Shown piece after piece: positions 36,473-47,312 of a stretch of 64,000 nucleotides of DNA. The notes beneath the pieces were generated by a model. It did not search any database, had not been told where the DNA came from, and saw only the letters and a program-made list of their open reading frames with translations. Both the position numbers and the translations under genes were made by a program. Source of the stretch: Camelus dromedarius. Its lineage: Eukaryota. Position 1 is the first letter of the stretch, and every line of letters begins with the position of its first letter. The stretch is from assembly GCF_036321535.1 (NCBI RefSeq), contig NC_087437.1:95978001-96042000 (forward strand). Reading direction: 5' to 3'.

Positions 36473-36982
36473 TTCCTTAACAGCATTTGGCAGATTGCGG
36501 CAGTTAGGACCTAATAAAATAAGTACCATATTAGCTGTACTAATATTTGCTGCCCTTGACCCAAGGAAATTTCCATAATTATTATCGTGTATTTACATCG
36601 CCAGATGAAGTCCTGTATTTGCATTGTGGTTTCAAATGCATACTGATTGTGATTTGATTAGCCATTAGCATACCAAATATGGAATAGCGAGGCTTTGGAA
36701 AGGTTGGAGGCTAGATTTCACTGTCCTCACACTGTGGTGATTCATACCTTTTTCTAAAAAAATGTACTCATGGTGGCCTCCAGTGTGTACTCGTTTCAGT
36801 TTTTCCTTCCCATAAATGACCCTCTAGGTCTAGACAATAAGGTGTCTCACATCCAATTTCAAAGAGCAGTGCTAAAACTTTTCTATGTATCTATAAGTTG
36901 TCTGTATTTGGGATAAATCTCAATTATGATCAGAAAATCAATTATAACTTTCTTAGGAGAGTGAAATTTGAGATTGTTTCTC

Positions 36983-37144
36983 TTTTTTTAAATTTTATTT
37001 ATTTATTTACTTTCTTTTGGTGGGGGGAGGAAATTAGGTTGATTTGTTGATTTATTTATTTTTAGAGGAGGTACTGGGGACTGAACCCAGGACCTTGTAC
37101 ATGCCAAGCATGCACCCTACTGCTTGATCTACACTCTACCCACC
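36983..37144 (-). mobile_element. tRNA-derived SINE, camelid Vic-1-like
   Basis: T-rich tail, GGGGGGAGGAAATTAGGTT, then GAGGTACTGGGGACTGAACCCAGGACCTTGTACATGCCAAGCATGCAC, the reverse complement of the copies at 23116 and 59663. Confidence 0.9.
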
Positions 37145-37438
37145 TGACATTCCTTTCTAAACCTAGTAATGTATAGATCCATAGTATCTTATAAGTTGCT
37201 CTCCAGCTTTAGTTTAAGGAACTGGTAGATATTAAAAACACGCTATTTTGGAAAAATTTGAGAACAAATAAAAACTTGGAAGTTATTAAAATGAAATTAT
37301 AGTTTTTAATTAAATTTGGTACAGCAGAAAATTTTCGAATGTTTTGACTTTAGAGAGCTTACTGTCCAGTAGGGAGGTGCCATCTGAAAAATATTGATAA
37401 TAGAAATAGCTAGAATTTATTGCAGACTTACAAGTTCA

Positions 37439-37520
37439 CTACTGTTACTACTACTATAATATCAATACTAATACTAATCAATACTAATAAATGTACTACT
37501 ACTATGATATCACTAGTAAT
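37439..37520. repeat. Imperfect (ACT/AAT)n low-complexity tract
   Basis: ACTACTGTTACTACTACTATAAT...ATACTAATACTAAT...TACTACTACTATG. Confidence 0.7.
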
Positions 37521-37529
37521 ACAAAAATC

Positions 37530-37700
37530 TCAGAATGTTTACTGTTTGCTAGGCATCATTCAAGACATTCTGAACATCATCTTTTTTAACCTGTCCACAA
37601 GCCCATGAGGTTACCTGCTCTTAACATGGAAGAGGAAACTGAAACTTAGAGATGTTACTTAAGCTAGAAAATGGAAAGATTTGTCTGGTTTGAAGTGTCT
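37530..37700 (-). mobile_element. MIR SINE
   Basis: TTTACTGTTTGCTAGGCA, CACAAGCCCATGAGGT and GAGGAAACTGAAACTTAGAGATGTTA. Confidence 0.75.
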
Positions 37701-37814
37701 AATGAGCAGCAACTTACAGAATTCTAAACAATATATATATAATACAAGGACAAAATACATTCTGCAAGAGTATTTAAGCCAAGGATGTTAATGCCAAAAT
37801 GGCAGGCAGCTTTA

Positions 37815-37900
37815 CTTGTTCGTTCACTGATGTCCACCAAGTTCCCAGAACTAAATCTTGTAAATAAAAGGTGCTCAATAAAGATATGTGGAATTGAACT
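37815..37900 (+). mobile_element. L2 3' terminus
   Basis: CTTGTTCGTTCACTGATGTCC...AGGTGCTCAATAAAGATATGTGGAATTGAA. Confidence 0.75.
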
Positions 37901-38199
37901 GTATCCCAGGGAAATAAGTTTTCATTCTTTAGGCGTAGCGGTTAGGATAGGAGTTGGGAAAGGACGCAGAAGAAATTATCTGAAGAAAGTTTTGAAGGCC
38001 TCACTGGCATTAAAGTGTCAATTTTCCTCTTGTCTAATCTCCCACCCATGGCAGCCCTCCTGATTGTAAGGACCATTCAAGCCCTCTTGGAACACTCCTC
38101 AGGTTAAGAGAATCTCCAAAACCACTTTATGAGTGTAGTCATGTTTAGGTCGGCAGGCTTAGATTCAGAGTAAGAACATGTCACATATGAGAAACCATG

Positions 38200-38900
38200 A
38201 AGGTCAGTGTTCATGAACTTGAAGGGCTAAGTGGCTGTGCTTGTGGCTGGTAGAAGTTAAATGACAAGAGTAGAGGAGGTTGTGGGACTGTGAAGTGATC
38301 GAATTATGTCTCAGAACCATACACTTCGCGAGAGGCAAAGCAGAGAGTGAAAATGCAGTTCTGGTGTTGAAATCACTGAGGAAAGAAGAAGGTCTGGGTA
38401 GCTCAGTAAATGACTGTATTAAAAGACAGCAAGGAGCCTTGTGAATGTGAACTGAAGAAAAGAGGGTGGAATGACTGTGTTCTGCCCACTTGCAGGGGGG
38501 AAGGAATGTACAAATGCTTTCCATATGGATGCCTGGGGAGCACATTAGACAGTCAAATGTGGTCTGTTTTGGGGGAAAGACAAAGAAATAGAAGTGATAT
38601 GTAAGAAAAAGTCTGAGAATAAATTCCTTGAGTATATACTGATTAAGTGTCAATACTGTGCCAGTCCCCTTAGCGGGCACTAGGAGTGTAGAAAGGTTTC
38701 CATTCTCAAAATAATAAGCATTCCAAAGGGACCAGTTAAGAGGCAAATAAAAAACCAGATACAAATCCAAGGAGTTCAATGATAGCAGGCCTGTGCTAGT
38801 CTGTGATCAAGTAGGAAGACGATGTTGGGGAAGGACGAGTCATCTAAATCAGGAAGAGGAAGCAAGCGTTTTGGGAAGTACAATGGGATGGGATGGACAG
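38200..38900 (-). mobile_element. L2-like fragments (degenerate)
   Basis: TTGAGTATATACTGATTAAGTGTCAATACTGTGCCAG, CATTCTCAAAATAATAAGCATTCCAAAGGG and CATCTAAATCAG. Boundaries are uncertain. Confidence 0.45.
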
Positions 38901-39029
38901 CTTGCAATACCGAATGAAAGCATAGGATTTAAAAAACGTAAGAAAAATTTATCCTAAGCAAAGATTAGTCAGGCTAATTATGATATTTGCGCCTGCTAGG
39001 TATAATCAGAAAATTACTAATTAGCGAAT

Positions 39030-39700
39030 ACCCAGAAAAGCACAGGTATTCAACCATAACTTAATATGATTTGGGGAAAGTTTATCACCCTGGAACAATT
39101 TAATTTCTCTACAACAGTCATGCCTAAGAAAGAGCAAAAAATTTAATACATCTGGATTTTAGTAAGGCCTCGGATACAGATTCATATGCCATTTGTCACC
39201 AAGAAACTCGGAATATTTTGTAAGGTCAATGTGTAACTTTAGGAAAGTGCATTCCTGTAGGTGATGATGAATGATTCTGTGACAACCTAGGCTCACGTAT
39301 CGAGAGCTGTCCCACTGTGGTCAGTTCTAAGGCCCAGTGCTTTTTATACATTTTATTAATGATTTGGAAGATAGCCTCACCCTCAGCTTAATGAGCACAC
39401 TGTCTGTTCCCATCCTGGAAGACTGCCAACACTATCAGGCACAAAAATGGAATTCAAATGTCCCTGGTTAATTGGGAACTGCTCCGTCAAAAGTGTGAAT
39501 TAAACCATAGGGACACACCCTCTATATTTGGGGGCTGAACACTAGCTACTGGAATATAAGCATTAACACATAGCGTAGCCCCAGGAGACAATAACTAAAG
39601 ACAAGGGAACTCCTTTATTGACCACTATGAATTACAGCAGAAGTCCAGTCCAGGCACCCACAATGCCTACTGTGTCTTAACTGGAGCATGGCTTTTCTCT
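39030..39700 (+). mobile_element. CR1/L3 LINE reverse-transcriptase fossil
   Basis: Translates LDFSKASDT at 39152-39178 (CR1 YLDFSKAFDTV) and GPVLFIHFINDLED at 39331-39372 (CR1 GPVLFNIFINDLD), in the correct order. Confidence 0.85.
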
Positions 39701-39894
39701 CATTATAAAGAAGGATTTTATAAAAAAGGTTAATTGATAAAATAAGATCATTAATATGTCAGGTATTTTTTATTCTGAATAAATTCTTCATATCCCCTTT
39801 GCAAAGAGTAAGGATTCTAGCAATATTTGTTAAATGAATGAATGACTTGAAAAAAGAAACTTAAGAGACAACACATTATGACTGAAGTAAAGTT

Positions 39895-40230
39895 CACTCA
39901 TTCCTGTTAATTTATTCATTTAAATGGCACTTACTGTTCTTTTATTATTTTCCAGATATGTATTAGGCACTGAGAATACAGTAATGAGTGAGTCACTGAG
40001 CCTGCTCAGAAGGAGCAAACAGCCCAGTAAAAAAAAATGAAAATCAGTATGTACAGTGATATGTAGCAAATACTGTAAGAGATGTATGCCAGAGCATTAT
40101 AGGACAACAGAGAAAAAGAAACTATCTAAGCCAAGGCGGCGATGGTGATCTGGCTGGGTAAAATTTGTATAATTAATGATTTGAATTGAAGTTTCAATTG
40201 AAACTTGAAGGAGAAGTTATTCCTAACTCT
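39895..40230 (-). mobile_element. L2 3' region, antisense
   Basis: TTTATTCATTTAAA...CCAGATATGTATTAGGCACTGAGAATACAGTAATGAGT...CCTGCTCAGAAGGAGC. Confidence 0.75.
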
Positions 40231-40283
40231 GGTATGTATGTGTGTTTGTATGAATGAGTGCACGTGTGTGTGTGTGTGTGTGA
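40231..40283. repeat. Imperfect (TG)n microsatellite
   Basis: TATGTATGTGTGTTTGTATG...GTGTGTGTGTGTGTGTGTG. Confidence 0.9.
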
Positions 40284-40299
40284 GAGTGTTGGGGGCGGG

Positions 40300-40545
40300 G
40301 AGAGGAGACTTTTCTTTCCACAGAGGAAACAGAATTGGCAGACACATGAAGGATTTTGCTAGGGGATTTACAGACAATCCCTTCTCTCTCGTTCGAAATG
40401 ATAACACTCAAGACAAGATGGCTTAAATAAAATCAAATGGAATTTAACTTAGGCGTAAGAATTTTTGTCGGTGTTTTAACATTGGAATGGAGTATTCACA
40501 CAATACTGATATTTGTTCCTAGAGGTCATTAAAATGGAATTTTGA
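40300..40545 (+). mobile_element. CR1/L3 3' fragment, probable continuation of 39030-39700
   Basis: ACAAGATGGCTTAAAT...ATTTAACTTAGGCGTAAGAATTTTT...AACATTGGAATGGAGT...CCTAGAGGTCATTAAA resembles the CR1 ORF2 C-terminal region. Confidence 0.6.
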
Positions 40546-40711
40546 AAGTCTGTTTTTTTTTTTGAATGAAAGAGTGTTTTATTTCTATAGTGCTTTATTT
40601 ACAGTTTTCAGAAGGTTCATACACATGATTTTATGTAATCCCATAACAATCTTTTTTTATTCCCCTACTGTTATATTATCCCTCCCCACTTTCCTCTCCC
40701 CAATCTATCTT

Positions 40712-42045
40712 TAGGATGTCAGCTTGATTGCAAAGTAAGAGATACCAGGCTTTGTCCCCCCACAAATGACAATAATGAGACAGCTACCTATAAACAAAAA
40801 TAGCCCTGGGAGGGCTCAAGGGTCCAACTGAGAACCTACAGCAAAACCATGGAGTAGAAAATGAAGAGTATCCACACAGAAAGGATCAGCAGAGAAATCA
40901 GCTCAGTGGAAGTGTCTGGAGATGGCTGGGAACAACATCAGCCATGTGGTGGCATCATCCCGGTCCCCAGCAGCCTCCTGCGTGGAGGACCCAGAAGCCT
41001 TTGCCGCTGGGAGCCTCTGGGGTCCCCACAGCACATGCAGACACCCCATGACTTCCACAGCAGAGGGCTCCGCTCTCTTTGTCAGCACTGGCCCTGGACA
41101 CCTGCTCTGTAGGAGACACTGCATGCTGGCAGCCTTTGCACCTGGCGTAGCCAACAGCCACAGCCGCCGTAGCCTCACCAGAGAGGGGCTGCTGCTGGGC
41201 TGCCCCCAGAAGGAGCTGCTGTTGTGTTGACCGAAGGCCAGGACTACGGCGCCCTCTCACCCCACACACGCCCAAGGCCCCAGACCTGCAGCTGCTCCAC
41301 GGAGGGCCGCACTTCAGACCCCAGCTCCACGTGTTCCTGTGCTCCAGGTTTTAGCCCTGAGGCCGTTCTGCACACATCCACACTCTAAACCCAGTGCCAC
41401 AGCTGCTCCATGCACACCCCAAGCTCCAGGAGCAACAGCACTGTGGTGGAGCCAGCATCCTGGGCCCCAGGGCTCCTGCCGCCCCATGCAGGCCTGTGCT
41501 CCGGACCCTGGGCCCGTGGCAGCTCGGTGCGAGCCTGTCTCACACCTCGGTGCTGCTTTGGGCCAGCTGGTGCCCTGGACCCCTGAGCTACTGTCACTCT
41601 TAACACTTGGGCTTCAAAACCTAGTTTCATGGCTGTTCCACAGGGGTATGCAGATCCAATACCAGTGCCACCACCACCACCACAAGGGTGCCCACAGGCT
41701 GGTTCTGGCACCAGGAGGGAACTCCTTGACCACATCCTTCATGGGAGAAAAAGAAATCAGGTGGTCCCCAACAACCCTCACCACTGCTGCAGATACCCTC
41801 AGGCTTGGTCACTGAGGGTCCCTGAAACCTTCACCAACGCTGACCTCAGCTGATAAAGCTAAACAAGGCTGCTGTTGGGCTTTCACAGGAGCTGGAACTA
41901 GCACACCGCCTGCCACGCCTACCCCCACCAGCCAGCACCCTTACCTTCACCCACAGGAGAAGCCTTTCTCCCTGAAAACTTGTCCATAAAGTCTAGAAGA
42001 GGTGACTCTTCCGGCAAATGCACAGATATCAACCCAAGTCTACAA
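40712..42045 (+). mobile_element. L1 5' UTR (GC-rich, imperfect internal repeats; L1M2/L1MA-type)
   Basis: The most GC-rich block in the window, directly upstream of L1 ORF1. Recurring CAGCTGCTCCA and GACCCCAGCTCC-like units. Confidence 0.8.
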
Positions 42046-42046
42046 C

Positions 42047-42890
42047 ATGACACCACCAAAGGAACTCAGTAATTTTCCAGTGGCCAACTCCAAGGAGATG
42101 GAGATCTAGACATTGCTGAACAGAGCTTGCGAAGTAATTGTTTTGAGGAGGCTCAGCGATCTAAAAAGAAACACAGACAACTCAACAAAATCAGGAAAAA
42201 AATGAACAAAATAAGTTTAAAAGAAGAATTTTTCTTATTAAAAAAAGAACCAAACAGTAATTCTGGAGCTGAATACAATGAATAAAATAAAAACACAATA
42301 GAGAGCATCAAAAGCAGACATGATTAAGCAGAAGAAGGAATCTGAGAACTCAGACAGCTTATTTGAAATCATGCAGTCAGCAGAGGAAAAAAAACAATGA
42401 AAAAGAGTGAAGACAGCTTATGGGAATTATGGGACATCATCAGATGAAACAGTAGTCATACTTTACAAGTCCCAGAAGAAGAGAGAGGCAAAGGGTAGAA
42501 AACTTATTTAAAGAAATGTGGCTAAAATCTCCCAGTTCTGGGAGAGATATGGACATTCCTAGGTCCAATGCAGATTCAGCCCAAAGAAGACTTCACTGAG
42601 ACACATTATAATAAAACTGCCAAAAATCAAAGACAAAAATCATTTAGAAAGCAGTAAGGGAAACAAAAACATAAAAAGAAACACCCATAAGGCTATTGGC
42701 ATATATCTCAGCAGCAACATTGCAGGCCAGGAGAGAGTGTGATGATACATTCAAAGAGCTGAAAGAAAAAACCCTGCCAATCAAAAATACTTTACTCAGC
42801 AATGCTTTACAAAACAATGCTAAAGGAAGTTCCTCACACTGAAATGAAAGGACACTAATTCAATCATGTGAAAACATGAAGGTAGAAAAT
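42047..42890 (+). pseudogene. L1 ORF1, disabled
   Basis: ATGACACCACCAAAGGAA starts MTPPKELSNFPVANSKEMEI, then a stop. Later ORF1 landmarks GAGACACATTATAATAAAACTGCCAAAAATCAAAGAC and TTGCAGGCCAGGAGAGAGTGTGATGATACATTCAAAG. Frameshifted. Confidence 0.88.
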
Positions 42891-43139
42891 TCACCTTGAG
42901 TTCCTTGTGTATCAAATAGCTATTGAATGTGATTTTTATGATTTTAATATAAGTGAATCTGAACTAGCATATGGACTAAGTTTCTTTCAGCTTAAAAGAC
43001 TGGGCTTTAAATGTAGAGGAAAATGATCACTTGTAAAATATGTTTTTGGTTTTGAAAAACTTCCAAATGTTTAAGAAGTAGTTTTCGAATTAACCATATC
43101 CATATGCATGTAGGTTTTCTCATCCTCACCATTGAAGGA

Positions 43140-44218
43140 TGGTAACTAGAAGAAATGAATAAATTTCTGGAAACCTACACCCTACCAAGGCTGAATAATG
43201 AAAAGATAGGAAATATGAATAGACCTGTAACAAGTAAAGTGATTGAATCAGTGATTTAAAAAAAAAATCTACCAACAAAGAAAAGCACAGAACCACATGG
43301 CTACATTGGTGAACTCTGCCAAATATTTACAGAGAAATTAATGCCAATAGTTCTCAAATTTCCAAAAAATTTAAATAGAAGGAGTACTTCCAAACTCATT
43401 TTATGAAGTCAAGATTACCTCAATACCAAAGCCAGACAATGTTGTAACTAGAAAAGAAAATTACAGCCCCAAATCCCTGATAAACATGGATATAAAAATT
43501 TTCAACAAAATATTCAATGGCACATTAAAAGGATTGTATACCACGATCAAGTCAGATTTATCCCTGGTATGCAAGGGTGATTCAACATACTGAAATCAAT
43601 CAGTGTTACTCACCACATTAACAAAATGAAGGACAAAATTTATATGATCATCTCAATAGATACAGAAAAAGCATATGACAAAATTCAACTTCATTTCATG
43701 ATTGAAAAAAAAGAGCTCTCAGCAAACTGGGTATAGAAGGAGCATACCTCAGCAGAGCAAGGCCATATATGTCAAGCCCACAGCTAGCATCATACTCAGT
43801 GATAATGAGCTACAAGCTCTTCTTCTAACATCAAGAACACTACTAGGACACCCACTCTTGCCACTTCTGTTCAATGTAGGACTGGAGTCCTAGCCAAAGC
43901 AATTAGATGAGAAAAGAAAAAAGTTATCTAAATCAGAAAGGAGGGGGTAAAATTGTCTCTGTTTACAAGGTGACATGATTGTATGAATAGAAATTCCTAA
44001 AGATTACACCAAAAAAAATGCTAGAATTAATAAATGAATTCTGTAAATTGCAAGATACGAAATTAGCAAACAGTTTCATTTCTACCTGCTAACAATGAGA
44101 AATTAGAAAAGGAACCCCATTTATAGTAGCATCAAAAGCAGTAAGATACTTAGAAGTAAACTTAATCAAGAAGGTGAAAAACTGTATATTGAAAACTGTA
44201 AGACATTGATGAAAGAAT
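43140..44218 (+). mobile_element. L1 ORF2 fragment (Z region and RT), disabled, 3'-truncated
   Basis: CTAGAAGAAATGAATAAATTTCTGGAAAC, CCAAACTCATTTTATGAAG, ATGATCATCTCAATAGATACAGAAAAAGCATATGACAAAATTCAAC ([15 protein letters not shown]) and TCTCTGTTTACAAGGTGACATGAT (decayed LFADDM). Confidence 0.92.
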
Positions 44219-47029
44219 GTCGATTCTACCCCAAATTTTAAAAAAAATCTCTCTTTGCCCATTTAGTTGGAAACAAAGGATGTAGAACCTAGAATTGATA
44301 TTTATAAGTCTCCTCAGATTAAGATCTTATTTCAGTCTTCAAACATTATCAGTATTTTAATCCTACAAAAGGTCATTTCCGTCTCACATGACCAATGCAG
44401 GTCATTAGAACACCTTACTCACTGTGTTCATACAAAACTCCAGGCTGAAAGAAGCTTTCAAGCAACTTGGGAACTTGAGCTCTGGTTCGTCACACTTCAC
44501 ACATCACTGTTGCTCACATTTGGAAGCAAGTCCCACGATCAAAACTAATGTCAAAAAAAAAAAGAAAAAGTGCAATACAACCATGTGTCAGAAAGTGGGA
44601 AAGCTCAAAATGTTTGGTGACTACAAAATGGTAACCCAGATTTCTTGATTCCTGACTTAAGGATATGATCTGGATCAAAATTTTCAAATATGAGGCTATG
44701 AAGTTCAATTAATTATATAAGAAGTTTCAAATTTCTTGTTCATAATTTTGCATAGTCATCTTTATAAAAGACACAGGATGACAAAACTATCCAGTGTTTT
44801 CTAAACATTGTATAATTGTACACTACTTTTTAACAAATTTTAATATTTTCATCTGACAGAGTAAAATAGTGCAAAGTATTAACTAGTACAAAGTAATACA
44901 ATTCTATTATAAGCCCAGTATTCATGGATTTCAGAAGTCATGGGGTAATCAGTTGATTCAGATTGGTTAATGGGGATGGTTGCCTCCAAACTGGAAATAG
45001 AGAAAGGTGACAGAGATTGAAAGATAGAAAGAGAGGGCTGGGGGGGAGGGAATTGGACTTTTACTGAGGGCAAAATCTTAAGGAAATATAAAATTCTGTT
45101 CACTCAAAGGTGAAATTTTGTTAAAAGAAATGTCATGAAATGATACTACAGAAGAGGTGCTGCCCAGCCACATGGGAAGCAGATGTCTCTAGGAACAGGG
45201 GACTCCCGTTGAATTTTGCACCCTGTGTGAGCATCTGGCCTATTTGTGCCTTGGCTGCCTTGTCATTTGTTAAAATAGCTTCTGCTTCTGACTCTTGGAC
45301 GCTTTGTGAGTCTCCGGGGATTGCTGAAGGGAAGGAGGAAAGAAGATGGAGAAGAAACAAAAGAAAAGAAGGAGACAGGATGGGAGGCAATAAGCAATGA
45401 CCTCTGATCAGCCTGACTTTGCATCGATTTTGACAATTTTCTTATTAGGAAAACTGAGTGAGACCTTTGTTGGGTCTGGAGGATGGAAATGACTAGGTCC
45501 CTTGCTGGTGCTGAAGCTGCTTTTCACACAGCCGCATCAGATTAGCTGATATAGTAAACACTGCCTCAAAGGAGCAGAGCAGTAAGGAGTTGTAACTGAC
45601 CAAGTGAAAAATTAAGGGCTTTATTTAATTAAATTCTGAGCAGATAGATAAATAAATAATTCAACCTTAGACTGTAAGTCACGATATAAGCAGATTTGCA
45701 ATCAGCGCACTACATCTGTTCCTGACTCTTAAAACAGTGAAGACTTCAAGTTTACTGCAGATTAGATGATGGACTTGATGGAAATTAAACAAAGCAAGTC
45801 ATTATAAGAAAACAGAGAGCAATTCTTGCCCAGTATCTTCTTTCTTTCTTTCTTCATATGTTTAAATCAACTCAAGTAGCATTTATTAGTGGCATCAGCA
45901 TTATTATTATTTTGTTAAATGTCCCTAATAATAAAATAAAAACTTCTAAGTGTAATTACTATACACTGAAGGACAGCTAGAAATAAAATTTTGTATGTAT
46001 ATATATGTTCAGATATGCAAATGCATGTGAAATGTCTGTATTGTTAATCACATACATTTATCCATACTTATCTATGTATAGCTAGTTCTTGGAAAAGTCA
46101 TATACATATATAAATTTTATAAACGTGAATTTTTTTAAATTTCAATTTGCTACCAGTAATATGGAAGACAATTTCCCTAAACTGGTTTTTTCAAGTTCAG
46201 GACAGAACCATCTTTGGTAACATATTGCAGTGAATGTCCTGTTCCTGGAATATATGGGTCCTACTATTTCTGACATCATATCATATTTTAAGAGACAGCA
46301 GCTGCTAAATAAAATTATCACACAATATCTTACAAAAGAATTACCAAGGCAATTCTTTCTCACTACCACTCATATCCCCTTTAAATTGCCTTTCATATGG
46401 CTATATTTTCTCTCTGAAGGAGTCTTACTTTTACTCAAAGCAATTAAAATATATTTGGAAAATGCAATATATAATTTCCCTGGCTTCCATCCTCTCCATT
46501 GATAATAAACTTAAAATTAGACATAGTGACTGTGGAAGACATTTTTAATATTTATAGATTTATGCAAATGGAAAAATCTCAAGGCATTTAAATTTTAACA
46601 AATCCATATTTATATATGCAACAAATATCTTTTTTTAAAGAATATAATAATATTAAATTAAGATTGTTCTAGACCGCTCAGAATATACAGGAGTCAGATC
46701 TATGGCTGATTAGATGTTCCAGTCTCAAGGATGGCCGTGAACAAGGTCATAATGACTGCATATCCACACAAAGAAAGTTTACCACCCTAGGTTTATATGT
46801 GAGCTCTTCTCTTTCACACGCTCAACTTCCTTTAGCTTTGAAAAATGCACATGCATGTATTTGGGTGCATATCCATATGTCCCCAGGCCCTTGAGATGCT
46901 ATTCTCGGAACTGAAGCTAGTTTTTCATAGCTGCAGTTCTTCGAGTAAGTGGGAAAATCATCCTGACAGAAAATCCCTTAGCCTATGAATATCAGCAATT
47001 ATATCTATGGTGACATGACCCAAGAAGTA

Positions 47030-47312
47030 ACAGTTCAGGAGACTGAAGACTGAGTGGCCTTGAATCCTGCTTCCAGCAGCTAAGAATCACACTTTGATAT
47101 CTGGCACAGATTTTCCTTCTGACCTACGCCAAATAGGCTAATTGTTTTCTGCCTCAGTTTCCTTATTTGTGAAATGTAGTATGAAAATAAATCTGGTCCC
47201 CAGGGAAGAGCTGTTGTTGGGTTTACATGATGAAGTGTGATGTACATGCTGAGTGAGCCCTCATTATGCACATGATGGCCTGATTACACTCATGTTGTGT
47301 AAAAATTAGCCA
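47030..47312 (+). mobile_element. MIR SINE
   Basis: TTGAATCCTGCTTCC...TCTGCCTCAGTTTCCTTATTTGTGAAATG...GCTGTTGTTGGGTTTACATGA. Confidence 0.8.

Noticed and set aside
38204..38779. Longest ORF in the track (191 aa, - strand)
   Set aside because: Overlaps L2-like remnants, has no recognisable domain, has a non-ATG start, and shows no splice or promoter context.
40861..41853. Cluster of overlapping ORFs on both strands (up to 158 aa, including a His run)
   Set aside because: Explained by stop-codon scarcity in the GC-rich L1 5' UTR. The His/Pro run comes from a short (CCA)n tract.
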